Of a stretch of DNA of 64,000 nt, positions 9,997 to 20,900 are shown piece by piece. Made by a program: the position numbers and the translations under genes. The notes beneath the pieces were generated by a model, which ran no database searches, had not been told where the DNA came from, and saw nothing but the letters and a program-made list of their open reading frames with translations. Each line of letters begins with the position of its first letter. Positions within the stretch are counted from its first letter, which is position 1. The DNA lies in the NCBI GenBank assembly GCA_958296135.2, contig CATQHZ020000001.1, positions 352,001 to 416,000 of the forward strand, read 5' to 3'. The DNA is from an uncultured Poribacteria bacterium. GTDB taxonomy: Bacteria > Poribacteria > WGA-4E > WGA-3G.

Positions 9997-11552
9997 ACCC
10001 ACACTCAGTAGGAGAGCCCTCCCGGTCTCGACAGCAGAACACAGTAGGAGAGCCCTCCCGGTCTCGACATCAGAACCCAGTAGGAGAGACCTCCCGGTCT
10101 CGACAGCAGATCAGAGTCCGGATGGCCCCTTCACCGACCGGATTCTTACACATCGGCAGCGCGCGTACCGCGTTATTCAATTGGTTATTTGCCCGACATC
10201 ACAGCGGGACGTTCATCCTCCGCATCGACGACACCGATGCCGCCCGCTCCACCGATGAATCGATGCGCGAGATTTACGATTCACTGCGGTGGCTAGGGCT
10301 CGATTGGGACGAAGGCGGCGAGAAAGGCGGCCCGCACGCACCTTATGTCCAATCGGAACGGCGAGACATTTATGAAACGCACGTTCAGCGGTTGCTAGAG
10401 AGTGGCCACGCCTACCCCTGCTACTGCACACAGGAAGAGTTGGATGCGATTCGCGCGCACTCCCGTGCCGAGAAGCAAAATCGCGCCTACGATGGGCGGT
10501 GCCGACATCTCACATCGGTAGACAAGGAACATCTCGCCGCCAAAGGCAGAAAACCGACGGTGCGTATCAAAATGCCGGACGAACCAATCCGTGTAGTGGA
10601 CATCGTCCTCGGCACGCGAGACATCGACCCGGGCACGCTGGAAGACGAGGTAATCGTCCGTTCAAACGGCATGCCGAGTTACAATCTAACGTCGATTATC
10701 GACGACGCGGAGATGCAGATAACGCACGTGATTCGGGGAACGGAGCATCTCAACAACACGCCGAAGCAGATTGCCATCGCGAACGCGCTCGGTTTAAATG
10801 TGCCGCAGTTCGCGCATATCCCGCTGGTTTTGGATAATACCGGGAGGAAACTGAGCAAACGGCACCACGGAGAGCTCGTCGCTGTCAGTCGGTATCGCGA
10901 GGAGGGGTATCTCCCCGAGGCGATGCTGAACTTCGTCGCGCGACTCGGCTGGTCCTTCGATGACAAACAGGAGATTTTCTCGGTTGAGGAACTCATCGAA
11001 AAGTTTGATTTGGCCCGGGTCGGCAAGAGCGGCAGTGTTTTTGACATTAAGAAACTGGATTGGCTCAACACGCACTACATCGGCGAGTTGGATATTTCGG
11101 CGCGCACGGATGTTGTCATGCCGTTCTGGGAGAAGGCAGGGTTTGATGTGGCAGCCGAACCGCGCGAACGGTTGGAAAGCATTGTTACCGCAGTCGGTGA
11201 ACGCCTCACAAAATTGCAGGACATTATTCCGCAGACCGGCTATTTCTTCACCGCTCCGTCTGAATACGAACCGAAAGCTGTCAAGAAGTGGTGGAAGAAG
11301 GACGCGCTGGACATCTTGACAGCCCTCGGTGCCGTTTTGGCAGCGGTAGAACCGTTTGAGCTGGAAACAGTCGAGTCGGTAATCTGGCAATACACGGAGG
11401 AGCATAACATCAAGCGCGTTGTTGCGATGCAGACACTGCGGATTGCGCTGACAGGCACATCGTTCGGGCCGAGTCTGTTTGACATTCTCGTCTTGCTTGG
11501 GAGAGATGAAGTGCTCACTCGAATTCAGAAGGCGATTCAGTTTCTTCAATAA
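9993..11552 (+). CDS. gltX: glutamate--tRNA ligase with a repeat-derived N-terminal extension
   Basis: [33 protein letters not shown]; ATGA overlap with glnS. Confidence 0.96.
   Translation: MNPHSVGEPSRSRQQNTVGEPSRSRHQNPVGETSRSRQQIRVRMAPSPTGFLHIGSARTALFNWLFARHHSGTFILRIDDTDAARSTDESMREIYDSLRWLGLDWDEGGEKGGPHAPYVQSERRDIYETHVQRLLESGHAYPCYCTQEELDAIRAHSRAEKQNRAYDGRCRHLTSVDKEHLAAKGRKPTVRIKMPDEPIRVVDIVLGTRDIDPGTLEDEVIVRSNGMPSYNLTSIIDDAEMQITHVIRGTEHLNNTPKQIAIANALGLNVPQFAHIPLVLDNTGRKLSKRHHGELVAVSRYREEGYLPEAMLNFVARLGWSFDDKQEIFSVEELIEKFDLARVGKSGSVFDIKKLDWLNTHYIGELDISARTDVVMPFWEKAGFDVAAEPRERLESIVTAVGERLTKLQDIIPQTGYFFTAPSEYEPKAVKKWWKKDALDILTALGAVLAAVEPFELETVESVIWQYTEEHNIKRVVAMQTLRIALTGTSFGPSLFDILVLLGRDEVLTRIQKAIQFLQ
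10008..10103 (+). repeat. 3 x 36-bp tandem REP units (GTAGGAGAGCCCTCCCGGTCTCGA) inside gltX
   Basis: Units at 10008, 10044, 10080 encode VGE(P/T)SRSR. Confidence 0.92.
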
Positions 11553-11610
11553 ACTATCTACCTCATTAACCGTAGGGCGAGGGCCAGGGGAAATCGAAAG
11601 GAGAACACTC

Positions 11611-12894
11611 ATGAAAAGAAAACTCGCTATCCACGGCGGACCGCGGACTGTTGCCGATGGGTTCATCAAACCGTGGCCGCACGTCACCGATGCCGATAGA
11701 GCCGCTATCGCCGAGGTGCTAGCCTCCGAAAAGATTACCGAACAGCAACGGATTCAATCCGAAGGGCTGGCGCGGGAGTGGGCAGAATACATGGGCGTTC
11801 GGTATTGCATTCCTGTCAACAGCGGTACCGCTGCACTGCATCTGTGCGTCGCCGGTGTCGGCATTGAACCGGGTGACGAGGTGATTATCCCGGCGTTCAC
11901 CTTTTGGGCGACAGCGGCGGCTGTCCTTCATCACAACGCTATTCCGGTTTTTGTTGACATCGATGCGATTACCTATTGCCTTGACCCGAGCCAGATCGAA
12001 GCGAAAATCACGGAGCGGACGCGCGCGATTCTGCCTGTCCATATTCACGGCATGCCCGCCGATATGGACGCAATTCTGACGATTGCCAAAAAGCACAATC
12101 TGAAGGTAATTGAGGACGTTGCGCAGGCGCACGGTGCGCGGTATAAAGGCACATATTGCGGCGCGTTTGGCGAAGCGGCCGGATACAGCACGCAGGCATC
12201 CAAAACGTTGAGTAGCGGATGCCAAGGCGGCTTGTTCACCACCGACGATGAGCAGATTTACCGGCGCGCGGCGTTGTTGCAGTATTTCGGCGAAATCGTC
12301 GTGCCCGGGCGCGAACGTGAGGAGCAGGAATACAACGCCTACGGACTCGGCTGGATGTATCGCGGCGATATGTTCAGTCAGGCGTTCATCCGCAGCCAAC
12401 TCAAGCGACTAGATGAAAACAACGCGATGCGCATCAGGAATTGCGACTATCTGACAGAACACCTGAACGAGATTGACGGTATTGAGACGCCGGCCGTCCC
12501 AGAAGGGTGTGAACCTGTCTACTACAACTACGTCATCGGCTTCGATCCGGCGGCGTTAGGGTTAAACATTTCGGCACGAACTTTGCGCGAGAAGGTGCAG
12601 GCCGCATTGCGCGATGAAGGTGTGCCGACAGGACAGTGGCAACGGCTGCCGGTACCCTCACAAGAGATTTTTCAAAACCAGACCGGCTATGGCAAAGGGT
12701 GCCCGTGGCGATGCAACCAGTCGAACGTGGCATATAAAACGGAGGATTACCCGAAAGCCGTAGAATTTATCGATTCGCACTGCTACCTCTTTGATGTCAA
12801 TCCACCGAATGGACTTGAATTGATGCGGCTGTATGTTGAAGCGGTCCGCAAAGTGATGGAGCAAATTGATGCGGTGCTTGCGGTACAAAATTAA
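11611..12894 (+). CDS. DegT/DnrJ/EryC1/StrS-family PLP aminotransferase
   Basis: NSGTAALH, PAFTFWAT, PVHIHG, IEDVAQAHGA, STQASKTL. Confidence 0.93.
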   Translation: MKRKLAIHGGPRTVADGFIKPWPHVTDADRAAIAEVLASEKITEQQRIQSEGLAREWAEYMGVRYCIPVNSGTAALHLCVAGVGIEPGDEVIIPAFTFWATAAAVLHHNAIPVFVDIDAITYCLDPSQIEAKITERTRAILPVHIHGMPADMDAILTIAKKHNLKVIEDVAQAHGARYKGTYCGAFGEAAGYSTQASKTLSSGCQGGLFTTDDEQIYRRAALLQYFGEIVVPGREREEQEYNAYGLGWMYRGDMFSQAFIRSQLKRLDENNAMRIRNCDYLTEHLNEIDGIETPAVPEGCEPVYYNYVIGFDPAALGLNISARTLREKVQAALRDEGVPTGQWQRLPVPSQEIFQNQTGYGKGCPWRCNQSNVAYKTEDYPKAVEFIDSHCYLFDVNPPNGLELMRLYVEAVRKVMEQIDAVLAVQN

Positions 12895-13053
12895 TCGTGG
12901 GAGTCGTGCATCGCAGGAAGAGTTCGGCAGGACAACTGCTTATCCTCTGTAGTGCGGGCTCGGGCGAGCCCGAACAGGTCAAAAGCATCGGTTGTGTCTC
13001 CGCGACTTCGGTAATCTCTTCGGCGCGCGAAAGTGCGGTTTGCCGCGTACGAA

Positions 13054-13998
13054 TCATCTCTGCGAATTCCGCTCTGCAAACAGACGCGTTTGCGCCGAAT
13101 ACTCCTCAATCCTCTCGTTGGCAAGCGCGATATACTTTTCCTCAACGTCATAACCAATAGAGTACCGCCCGGCTTTCAAGGCACTCAAGCAGGTTGTCCC
13201 GCTGCCACAAAACGGATCCAAGACGACATCGCCTTCAAACGTATACAACTGAATCAGGCGGTGCGGCAATTCCTCCGGAAACGGCGCAGGATGCCCGATG
13301 CTTTTCGCCGAGGCCGCGGGAAAAGTCCAGACGCTTTTCGTCCATTCCAAAAAATCTTCTTTGCGGATAGTAGAATTCGCAACATTGCGCTTCCGCGAAA
13401 ACGTATCCTTGGAAAAGACGAGGATGTATTCGTGGATGTCCCGCAGCACCGGATTCGCCGCCGACATCCAACTCCCCCATGCAGTCGAAGAGCCCGCGCT
13501 TGAACCTTTGTTCCAGATGAGCTCCCCGCGCATATAGTAGCCGATTTCCAGCATATCTTCAATGATGTAACTATGCAGCGGGATGTAGGGCTTCCTCCCT
13601 AAATTAGCGATGTTAATGCAGGCTCTGCCGCCTGTCACCAATGTCCGATAAGTCTCCGCGAAGACAGACCTGAGCAGCTCCCTATACTCCGCCAGCGATA
13701 AATCCTCGTCGTATTCCTTTTTCGCGTTGTAGGGCGGCGAGGTTACCATCAGATGGATGCTTCCATCGGGAATTTCGGTCATCTGCGCGCTGGTTTTGCA
13801 ATAGAGGCGGTTTAGCGTTTCGGCTGGGATCGGGTTTTCTATCCACTCGTCAACTTCAGGCAATTTCTGCTCTGCATAAAGTTGGCTATTGTAAAATTCA
13901 CTTGAATCGTGTCCGGCTCTTTTCGGCATGCCGAACGCGCTAGTCTGGGTCCCGCGCTTTTTTGGTTTTGGATTGGGTTCATTCATGTTTTTCCGCAT
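13054..13998 (-). CDS. orphan N4/N6 DNA methyltransferase (beta order)
   Basis: VTSPPYN first, then HPAPFP and LDPFCGSGTT; no adjacent nuclease. Confidence 0.92.
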   Translation of the reverse strand: MRKNMNEPNPKPKKRGTQTSAFGMPKRAGHDSSEFYNSQLYAEQKLPEVDEWIENPIPAETLNRLYCKTSAQMTEIPDGSIHLMVTSPPYNAKKEYDEDLSLAEYRELLRSVFAETYRTLVTGGRACINIANLGRKPYIPLHSYIIEDMLEIGYYMRGELIWNKGSSAGSSTAWGSWMSAANPVLRDIHEYILVFSKDTFSRKRNVANSTIRKEDFLEWTKSVWTFPAASAKSIGHPAPFPEELPHRLIQLYTFEGDVVLDPFCGSGTTCLSALKAGRYSIGYDVEEKYIALANERIEEYSAQTRLFAERNSQR

Positions 13999-14089
13999 TC
14001 ATCTCATTGAGCCATGATGCGATAACGCCCTTGGAACGTAGGACGGGGCTGTCCTCCGCCATGCTGTGGTTTGCTCATGCATCAACATT

Positions 14090-14310
14090 GCGAGGGACAG
14101 TGGACATCTCTGCAGCGAGGCGGCAGAGATGACAAAGTTAAAGTAAGTAAGGTAGCGTGTTTACGCGGGGCGACACACGCACATTTTCTGTAGACGTGAC
14201 CGTGTTTACGCGGGGCGACACACGCACATTTTCTGTAGACGTGACCGTGTTTACGCGGGGCGACACACGCACATTTTCTGTAGGCGTGACCGTGACGGCC
14301 CTCGCGCTAC
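14090..14310. repeat. REP with loop cargo containing a 3 x 45-bp tandem repeat (14156-14290)
   Basis: GCGAGGGACA[cargo]GGCCCTCGCGCTAC; single-unit version at 44613-44736. Confidence 0.88.
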
Positions 14311-14337
14311 GGGAGGGAGAAGGTTATCACGATTGTA

Positions 14338-15306
14338 TTACCTATCTACCAGCCAAAGCTCTCCTTCGCTAACATTGGCGAGTTGCTTCAGCATTACTGC
14401 CCCCGGGAAATTTGGTGCCATCCCGATGCCCATGGCGAAAATCCGGCCGTTGCCGGCAGCGTGTCGCCCAACTAACGCCAAATCTGGGCTCTCAAGCGTC
14501 GTCGGAATGCCGTCGCTAAAAAGGACAACGATCGTTGGCACAGTCTCGGCTATCGCTGTCAACGCCGTTAACATGTCCTGATCGGTGCCTTTTGAGCGCA
14601 TTTGTGCTTGGATGTCCGCCAGATATGCCGCTCCCGCGCTCACCGTATCCTCTGTCACAGGGATAAAGCCGTCCTGATAAACGACGAGTTCCGCGCTAAA
14701 CGCCATGATATTAAAACTATCGTGCGCCTCAAGGAAAGTCAGCGAGTCACGCAGGAGGTTAACAATCTTCCGCAGTTTCGCCTCCGGAAGGTTCTGCATG
14801 CTGGTAGAGAGATCGATGCAGTAGACGATGCGTTGCGCACCCTCCTGTGCCTCAATGAATTTCACCAGTCGGCTTTTGGGGCGCGTCTCTGTCTTCGGTT
14901 TCTTGACAAAGGGACGTTCGATGCTCTTCTGCACACGCGGCGCGTTCCCAAATTCAACGGTAGTCGTCGCCGGTCCGACGGCATCGCCGATGTTGAGCTC
15001 CCCGAACGGCTGGAACGGTGCCGGTTCTGCGGCGGAGACCACGCCTCGGTTGCTAGGCGGCGCGTTACTCGTGAGGATTTTTAGGCGCGGCTGACTCACG
15101 TCCCGCGTCTTTTGATGCCGGACTTGGGTGCGTTTCGGTGGCGTGACGCGGCGCACCTTCGGCTTCTCTTCCGAGATAAGTATCGCGTTGATGCTAGCGA
15201 CTTCGCGCGTCGGGTTGGTGCTGAACCAGAAGAGGACTCCGATAACGCCGACGATGGCGTGCAACGCTACTGAGATGAGTAAGGATTTGCTGGATTTTGA
15301 TTTCAT
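14338..15306 (-). CDS. membrane-anchored VWA-domain protein
   Basis: N-terminal SVALH TM helix; MIDAS-like IDLSTSM and FSDG. Confidence 0.82.
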   Translation of the reverse strand: MKSKSSKSLLISVALHAIVGVIGVLFWFSTNPTREVASINAILISEEKPKVRRVTPPKRTQVRHQKTRDVSQPRLKILTSNAPPSNRGVVSAAEPAPFQPFGELNIGDAVGPATTTVEFGNAPRVQKSIERPFVKKPKTETRPKSRLVKFIEAQEGAQRIVYCIDLSTSMQNLPEAKLRKIVNLLRDSLTFLEAHDSFNIMAFSAELVVYQDGFIPVTEDTVSAGAAYLADIQAQMRSKGTDQDMLTALTAIAETVPTIVVLFSDGIPTTLESPDLALVGRHAAGNGRIFAMGIGMAPNFPGAVMLKQLANVSEGELWLVDR

Positions 15307-15369
15307 TGTTAAGAACCCTATTAACAGACTGATACCAAACGGCGTTAAATTGCCAGTGAGTTTGGTATT

Positions 15370-15861
15370 TCACAATGCGTGCAACATTTTCTCTGCAATA
15401 GCATCGACAACCGAAATCGCCACACTATTACCTGCCAGCTTTCTCGATTGCATCAAGCCTCCCACGATTTGGAGCTCCTCAGAGAAACCCTGCAAACGCA
15501 ACACTTCCCTGCCCGAGGGCCGCCGAATCCCGTTTACCAAAAGAGAGTTGTAGGATGCCCCCGCCCTTAACGCACACGAAAAAGGACGCACCGAAATGTT
15601 GCCGCCCTTGTTCTCATGTCAAATTGAGGGATAGAACGGCTCGACCTTAGACTATGCCGACAGGTGTTCCTGTATCACGGCGAATGTTTTTCCCTTGTCG
15701 TGAGAGCGCAGTTGCTTCACGTTGTCAAGGAGGAAAGCGGGAGAGTGCTTTTGCTTCAAGATGCGCGCGATGTCAAAAAATAGCGTGCCGCGTGTATCTT
15801 CAAACCCTTGCTTATCGCCGAGAATGCTGACGAAGATGTCGATGAAGGTGAAGCCGTTCAT
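15370..15861 (-). pseudogene. dcm: decayed C5-cytosine DNA methyltransferase
   Basis: FTFIDIF joined directly to GFEDTRGTLFFDIARIL (FAGIGG and PCQ motifs missing); LLDNV; stop; then CALRAGASYN...REVLRLQGF...AGNSV. Confidence 0.85.
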
Positions 15862-15876
15862 TAATTCTCCGTTATC

Positions 15877-16386
15877 TTAATAGTTTGTTACAGGAATTCC
15901 CATCTTTGCGAGAACCTGCTTAAACCTCTTGCGTCTCCATTCTGAGGGCGCGGGATCGTGGAGGGCAGTCTGAACTGTCAAGACCGTTAAGACCTCTTGC
16001 GTATCGCGCTTTGTGATTTTAACTTGGTTTGAGGTTGCGTAAGTTTGCACAATATAGTCAGCGTCAATTTCATCAAACGCGAAAAACCTCTCGGTTAATT
16101 TCATGCGAGCTGCTTGGTTGCCCTCGACTCCCTCAGTTACTTGCTCTGTTGTAACCTCTTTCGTTGAGGGCCGCGTAACCACTTTGACACCTGCACCAAG
16201 GATGGCTCGCTCTATTTCGTTTGCAAAAGTCACCTCGGTCAGATAGTCATTTGCTGGAATGACAACGAAGGATGGCGATGGCGGCACATCGCGAAGGACG
16301 ACAAATCGTGTTTGAGCACAGCCGGTTATGCTCAAGACTAGCCCGAGCAATGCCATGAACAAGAGTTTATTTTGATTAAAGGACAT
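15877..16386 (-). CDS. hypothetical lipoprotein
   Basis: Signal peptide with lipobox ITGC; SD AAAGGGA. Confidence 0.75.
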   Translation of the reverse strand: MSFNQNKLLFMALLGLVLSITGCAQTRFVVLRDVPPSPSFVVIPANDYLTEVTFANEIERAILGAGVKVVTRPSTKEVTTEQVTEGVEGNQAARMKLTERFFAFDEIDADYIVQTYATSNQVKITKRDTQEVLTVLTVQTALHDPAPSEWRRKRFKQVLAKMGIPVTNY

Positions 16387-16637
16387 TTGATTCCCTTTCT
16401 CGCGCGTAGTTATGGAGACATCGTGACATTTTAATGCTCGGCAACGCGTTCCAAACTACGCGATTTGTTCATCCGCTTGATCCTAACGCGCTTTCATCTA
16501 TTCGACTTGTTGTACCAAAAGACGGTGGGCGAGAGGTAACTTGGTTTTCAAGAGTTTGGAAAAACTTGTGGATGAGTTCCCCTTTACTAGGTTAATGAAA
16601 TTTTACCCTAATTTGGGAAAAATTTCAAGAATAAAAT

Positions 16638-16666
16638 TTGACATTTCCACACATTTTGTGTATAAT
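16638..16666 (+). promoter_or_regulatory. perfect-consensus sigma70 promoter
   Basis: TTGACA-17-TATAAT. Confidence 0.85.
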
Positions 16667-16712
16667 TAATGTTATCTATACTACTTCACATGAGGTGAAA
16701 GGAATCTCTCCT

Positions 16713-17333
16713 ATGAAAAAGCATTGGTCGAAACCCTTTATCCTATCTTCTGGAAAGCCTCGTGGCGTTCAACCTAAATTCAGAGAAGTTGAACTCACCA
16801 GGAAAGGATTTGACAAATTGTGCTACATGGGGCCATGCCCATGGTGGAGAAAAACAGACCCTGAAGACAAATTTCTGATGGATTTGTGCTACTCTCCGAT
16901 AAAAGAGGTCGCCGAAAAAGTAATTGAGGCATCAAAAGTTAACCGTCAGCACGTCCCATGTCCTCACAAGGTTTTCACGAACCTGCCAATGCGAGCTAGC
17001 ACGGATCGCGAGGATGGGAGGAAAGAAGAACATCCTTGGTTCAGTCGACATGCCAAATTGTGCTCTGGGTTCAATAGAGAACTCATGGGGCACATTTGGA
17101 TTCGTAATTTATCAGAGGCAATCCCTGCTGAGAACAAAGAAGAGTGTTCCTTCTACTTGGAAGATGGCAATCACAGAGCACTCGTTTACGCGGTGCTGAT
17201 TGCCTTGGGGAAAGAAGTTTACCAACCTGTTAAAGCGTTACACGCAACAACATGGGATTTTGATATTCTCAGTCACCCCACTGAGCGTCAACAGAATTTA
17301 GTTGATGATGGCGAGCTGCCTGAAAATGACTAA
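16713..17333 (+). CDS. hypothetical protein with a ParB/Srx-like DGNHR motif
   Basis: FYLEDGNHRAL; AT-richer; own promoter and SD. Confidence 0.7.
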   Translation: MKKHWSKPFILSSGKPRGVQPKFREVELTRKGFDKLCYMGPCPWWRKTDPEDKFLMDLCYSPIKEVAEKVIEASKVNRQHVPCPHKVFTNLPMRASTDREDGRKEEHPWFSRHAKLCSGFNRELMGHIWIRNLSEAIPAENKEECSFYLEDGNHRALVYAVLIALGKEVYQPVKALHATTWDFDILSHPTERQQNLVDDGELPEND

Positions 17334-17464
17334 ATTCATTGTACTTGTGCTGAAGTGGCGCGAGATTCGGATCGCGCACAGCAGAGGGAAAAGAAAGTAG
17401 GTGCCGTGCAGGATACACGCCCCACGTCTCTAAAAACTGGTGACTAACCTATCCCGCAACAACC

Positions 17465-17497
17465 ACGGGCGATGGATAACCATCCATCGCCCGTTTT
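17465..17497 (+). terminator. intrinsic terminator
   Basis: 13-bp perfect stem ACGGGCGATGGAT-aacc-ATCCATCGCCCGT followed by T run. Confidence 0.7.
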
Positions 17498-17726
17498 CAA
17501 ATTTCAAAGCGAATTGAGTTGATTAGCGTGTGAAGTTGCACCGTTTTCCTAAAGCGAAATTTCTTACGGTAGGAGCGACTTCCCTGTTGCGACATCACGG
17601 CCTTCGCTGTCGGAAGACTGCTTCTACCGGGAAGTCTACTATAGTGCTTGCCCTACAGACGCGGACAATTCAAATGAATTTCGTATAAGATGCCTCAGCG
17701 CGATTCCAATACTCCCAGTAACCCCT

Positions 17727-17770
17727 AATCTTGGAAATCTTGGAAATCCTGCTAATCCTGATTCAGACAA
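17727..17770. repeat. 9-bp-periodic AATCCTG/AATCTTG element ending GATTCAGACAA
   Basis: Inverted relative at 33026-33072. Confidence 0.6.
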
Positions 17771-17772
17771 AT

Positions 17773-17931
17773 GGGATTACCGAAGCATGGCGAGGGACAG
17801 ACACTGCTGCCGCGCTGCGGTGGCTTCGGCGGCGTTCACAGGGATTACCGAAGCATGGCGAGGGACAGTGGACATCTCTGCAGCGAAGCTGCAGAGATGA
17901 CAGCGTTTCGGCGTAACGGCCCTCGCCCTAC
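17773..17931. repeat. 28-bp direct repeat plus cargo-bearing REP
   Basis: GGGATTACCGAAGCATGGCGAGGGACAG at 17773 and 17841; cargo hairpin CATCTCTGCAGCGAAGCTGCAGAGATG. Confidence 0.8.
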
Positions 17932-17950
17932 GAAACCCGGGGTTATTCCC

Positions 17951-20900
17951 CTAGCGCATCGTAACGCGCTCAGGCTTTTCTAACTTCCGACGGAGGACGA
18001 TACCCCACTGACCCACAACCCACAGCGCACTCCCATCTTTCGCACGCGTGATGACATAGAGGGCATTGTCTATATCGGTGTGCTCCTGTTCCCACGTCTC
18101 CCCGCCATCAGTTGAATGGAGAATCATCCCCTTTTCACCGACGACGTAGAGTTCCTCTTCGGAGAGTGCCAAAATGCCGTGGAGCGTTTTGGTAGTCCCG
18201 CTTGATTTCGCCTCCCACGTAAACCCGCCATCGGTGGTTTTCAAAACGATGCCGTGCAGGCCGACTGCCCACCCTTTGCGCTTGGCAATAAAGGAGACAG
18301 CGTTCAGATCATAGCCGGTCTGCGTTTCATGGAATCGCCAATACTCGCCGCCGTTGATGGTGCGTTGGATGATGCCGCTATGTCCCACCGCCCAACCAAG
18401 TGGTGCGAACTTCATGTCAATGTGCACCAGATCCTTGCCGGTAGTGGTGCGTTGCGGTGTCCACGTCGGACCGCCGTCTTTATTATGGATGATTTGTCCA
18501 TCGCTGCCGGCCGCCCATCCTTCGGAGAACTTGCCGAAGTCAATGGCGTTCATGGCGAAACTGCGAGGCGGATCTCCCTCCATAAAAGGCGGTCTTTCCG
18601 GCGTATCCCCCGCTGTCCACGTCTGTCCATCGGTGGTATAAAGCACCGTTCCATCGCGTTGCATTGCCCATCCCCACTTCGGTTCAAGACTCGTAAAGTG
18701 GACACCGATGAGTCGTTGGCGCGTTTGACCCCGCAGCGATTTCCAATTCTGGCCCCCGTCTTGCGTTTCCAAAAGCACGCCGTTGTCCCCGGCGATCCAG
18801 CCGTTCTGTTCATCGTAGAAGAGGACATCTCGGAAGTTATCCACCTGCGCTTCGCCGAGTTGGCGTTCCCAGGTTTGTCCGCCATCCGCGGTGTGGTAAA
18901 TTTTCCCCGCGCTGCCGACTGCCCACGCTTGTTGTGCGTCTAAGAAGTAGACGCTGGCAATGTCCTGTCCGCCGCGTCGCCGCCGCTGCGGTTCAGGCGG
19001 AGAGACCTCCTGGTCCCGATTGGCCGTAGGCGGATCCTCCCGGTCCCGATTCCGTTGCGCGTTGTCAGATGGAAGTTCTCCCTCTGGCGCGAAGCGTCCG
19101 GGAAGCTGCGTCTGCGTGCGCAGTTGATTTTGGATGGCCTCCGCCGGGTCTTCGTCGTATTGCAACGTGGGGCCTTCGGATTCTTCAGAGGCCGCGGAAT
19201 CACGAGGGACAGGCCCTCGCGCTACGTTGTCGGAGGCGTTTTCGGGTTGTCCCATCGCGAGCACTTGGCCGGGGATAGAGACAGGAATTGCCTTCCAATT
19301 TTCTCCTTGACTATCAGTAATGAAGGCGTTGCCGCCCGCGCCGAATGCCCACGCGTCTGTATGTGAACGGAACGTAACGCGTCGGATGCCCCGCGCTCCT
19401 GACTTCGCCGTTCGCAATTTCCACGTCTTTCCGCCATCTGTCGTCAACAGCGAGTTGCCGTTGCCTAGAATTACCCAACCGTTCGTCGTGTCCGCAAAAT
19501 GGACAGCAACACCGGCCTGGTTAGTCTTGGCCTGAATTTTCCAATAATCGCCGCCATCAATAGTGTGAAGGATAAAGCCGCCATCTCTGCGCTGCGGCGT
19601 GACGGCCCATCCCTCCTGACTGTTAATGAAGTGGATATCCGTAATCGCTTGCATCGTCGTGCCGGTTTTCTGAAGTTTCCACGTCTTTCCGCCATCTGTC
19701 GTGTGTAAGGTTTGTCCAATGTCCGCGCCGAGCCATCCCTCTTGCGGATTGAGGAATTGCACCGTGCTAATCCGGCGCAGGTTTTGCAGCGTCTTCCGGA
19801 CAACCTGCCACGTCTTCCCCGCGTTTTCCGTGCGGAGCAAAACACCAGAGCCAAAAATCCAACCGTGTTTGTCATCAACGAATTCAACTTGGCGCAGATT
19901 TTCACTCACGCCGCTGTGTTGTGGCAGCCATGTTTGCCCGCCATCCATTGTATGCGCAATGACACCGCTAGAACCGACAGCCCAACCGTGCTGTGCATCG
20001 ACGAAATACGTATCGGAGAAATTCGTCTGCCACGTCGCTTGACGGATAATATCCCAATGATACACGACAGGTTCAAGAGGTTCCTCTTCTGTCTCTGCCT
20101 CCGCCACTTCCTCTGCGACAGGCGGCAACTTCGCTGGGAGCTCCGCCTCTTCTACCGAATACCGCATCGCGATGCCGCCCTTACCCACCGCGACGACTCC
20201 CTGCGGCGAGAGTGCCAATCCGTAAAGATCATTATCTGTGCCGCTCTCTTGCAGTTCCCACTTCGCGCCGCCGTTCGTCGTGGTGAGCATCATGCCGTTA
20301 TCACCGACAATCAAGCCGTGCTGCGTATCGGCAAAATAGAGTTTGTTCAGATTTTCTTGGGTGCCGCTTCGTTGAAAATTCCACTTCGCGCCGCCGTTTT
20401 TGGTGAACAAAATCTCGCCGAATTGCCCGACAATCCAGCCGGTGTTTTCATCGGCAAAATAGACAGCGTAGAGCTCGTTGTAGGTGCCGGTGGTTTGATG
20501 ACTCCAGGTCAGTCCACCATCGCGGGTGGTAAGGCAGATGCCGGGCCATCCGATTGCCCAGCCTCGCTTATCATTGAGGAAGTAAACCCCTTTGAGCATG
20601 TGAAATTCGCCGGGGGTTTGTTGCACCCAAGTTTCGCCGCCATCTGCAGTGTGCAAAATCGTGCTGAGGTCACCGACAATCCACCCTTTCTTTGGACTCA
20701 TAAAGTGAACGGAGCGGAGGGTGTAGCCGCCACCGCCAAACTGGCGTTCCCAATTCGCGCCGCCATCGTTGGTATGCACAATAAGCCCGCGTTCGCCGAC
20801 TGCCCAGCCGTGCTTATCGGTGGCAAAATAGATGCTCCAAATGCCGTCCCAGATGTCGGTATCCAGTTCGTTCCACGTTTGGCCGCCGTCGTTACTCATC

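Noticed and set aside
14157-14372. 71-aa ORF with FTRGDTRTFSVDVTV repeats (also the 44421-44612 ORF)
   Set aside because: Read-through of tandem DNA repeats whose period is a multiple of 3; no SD or protein features
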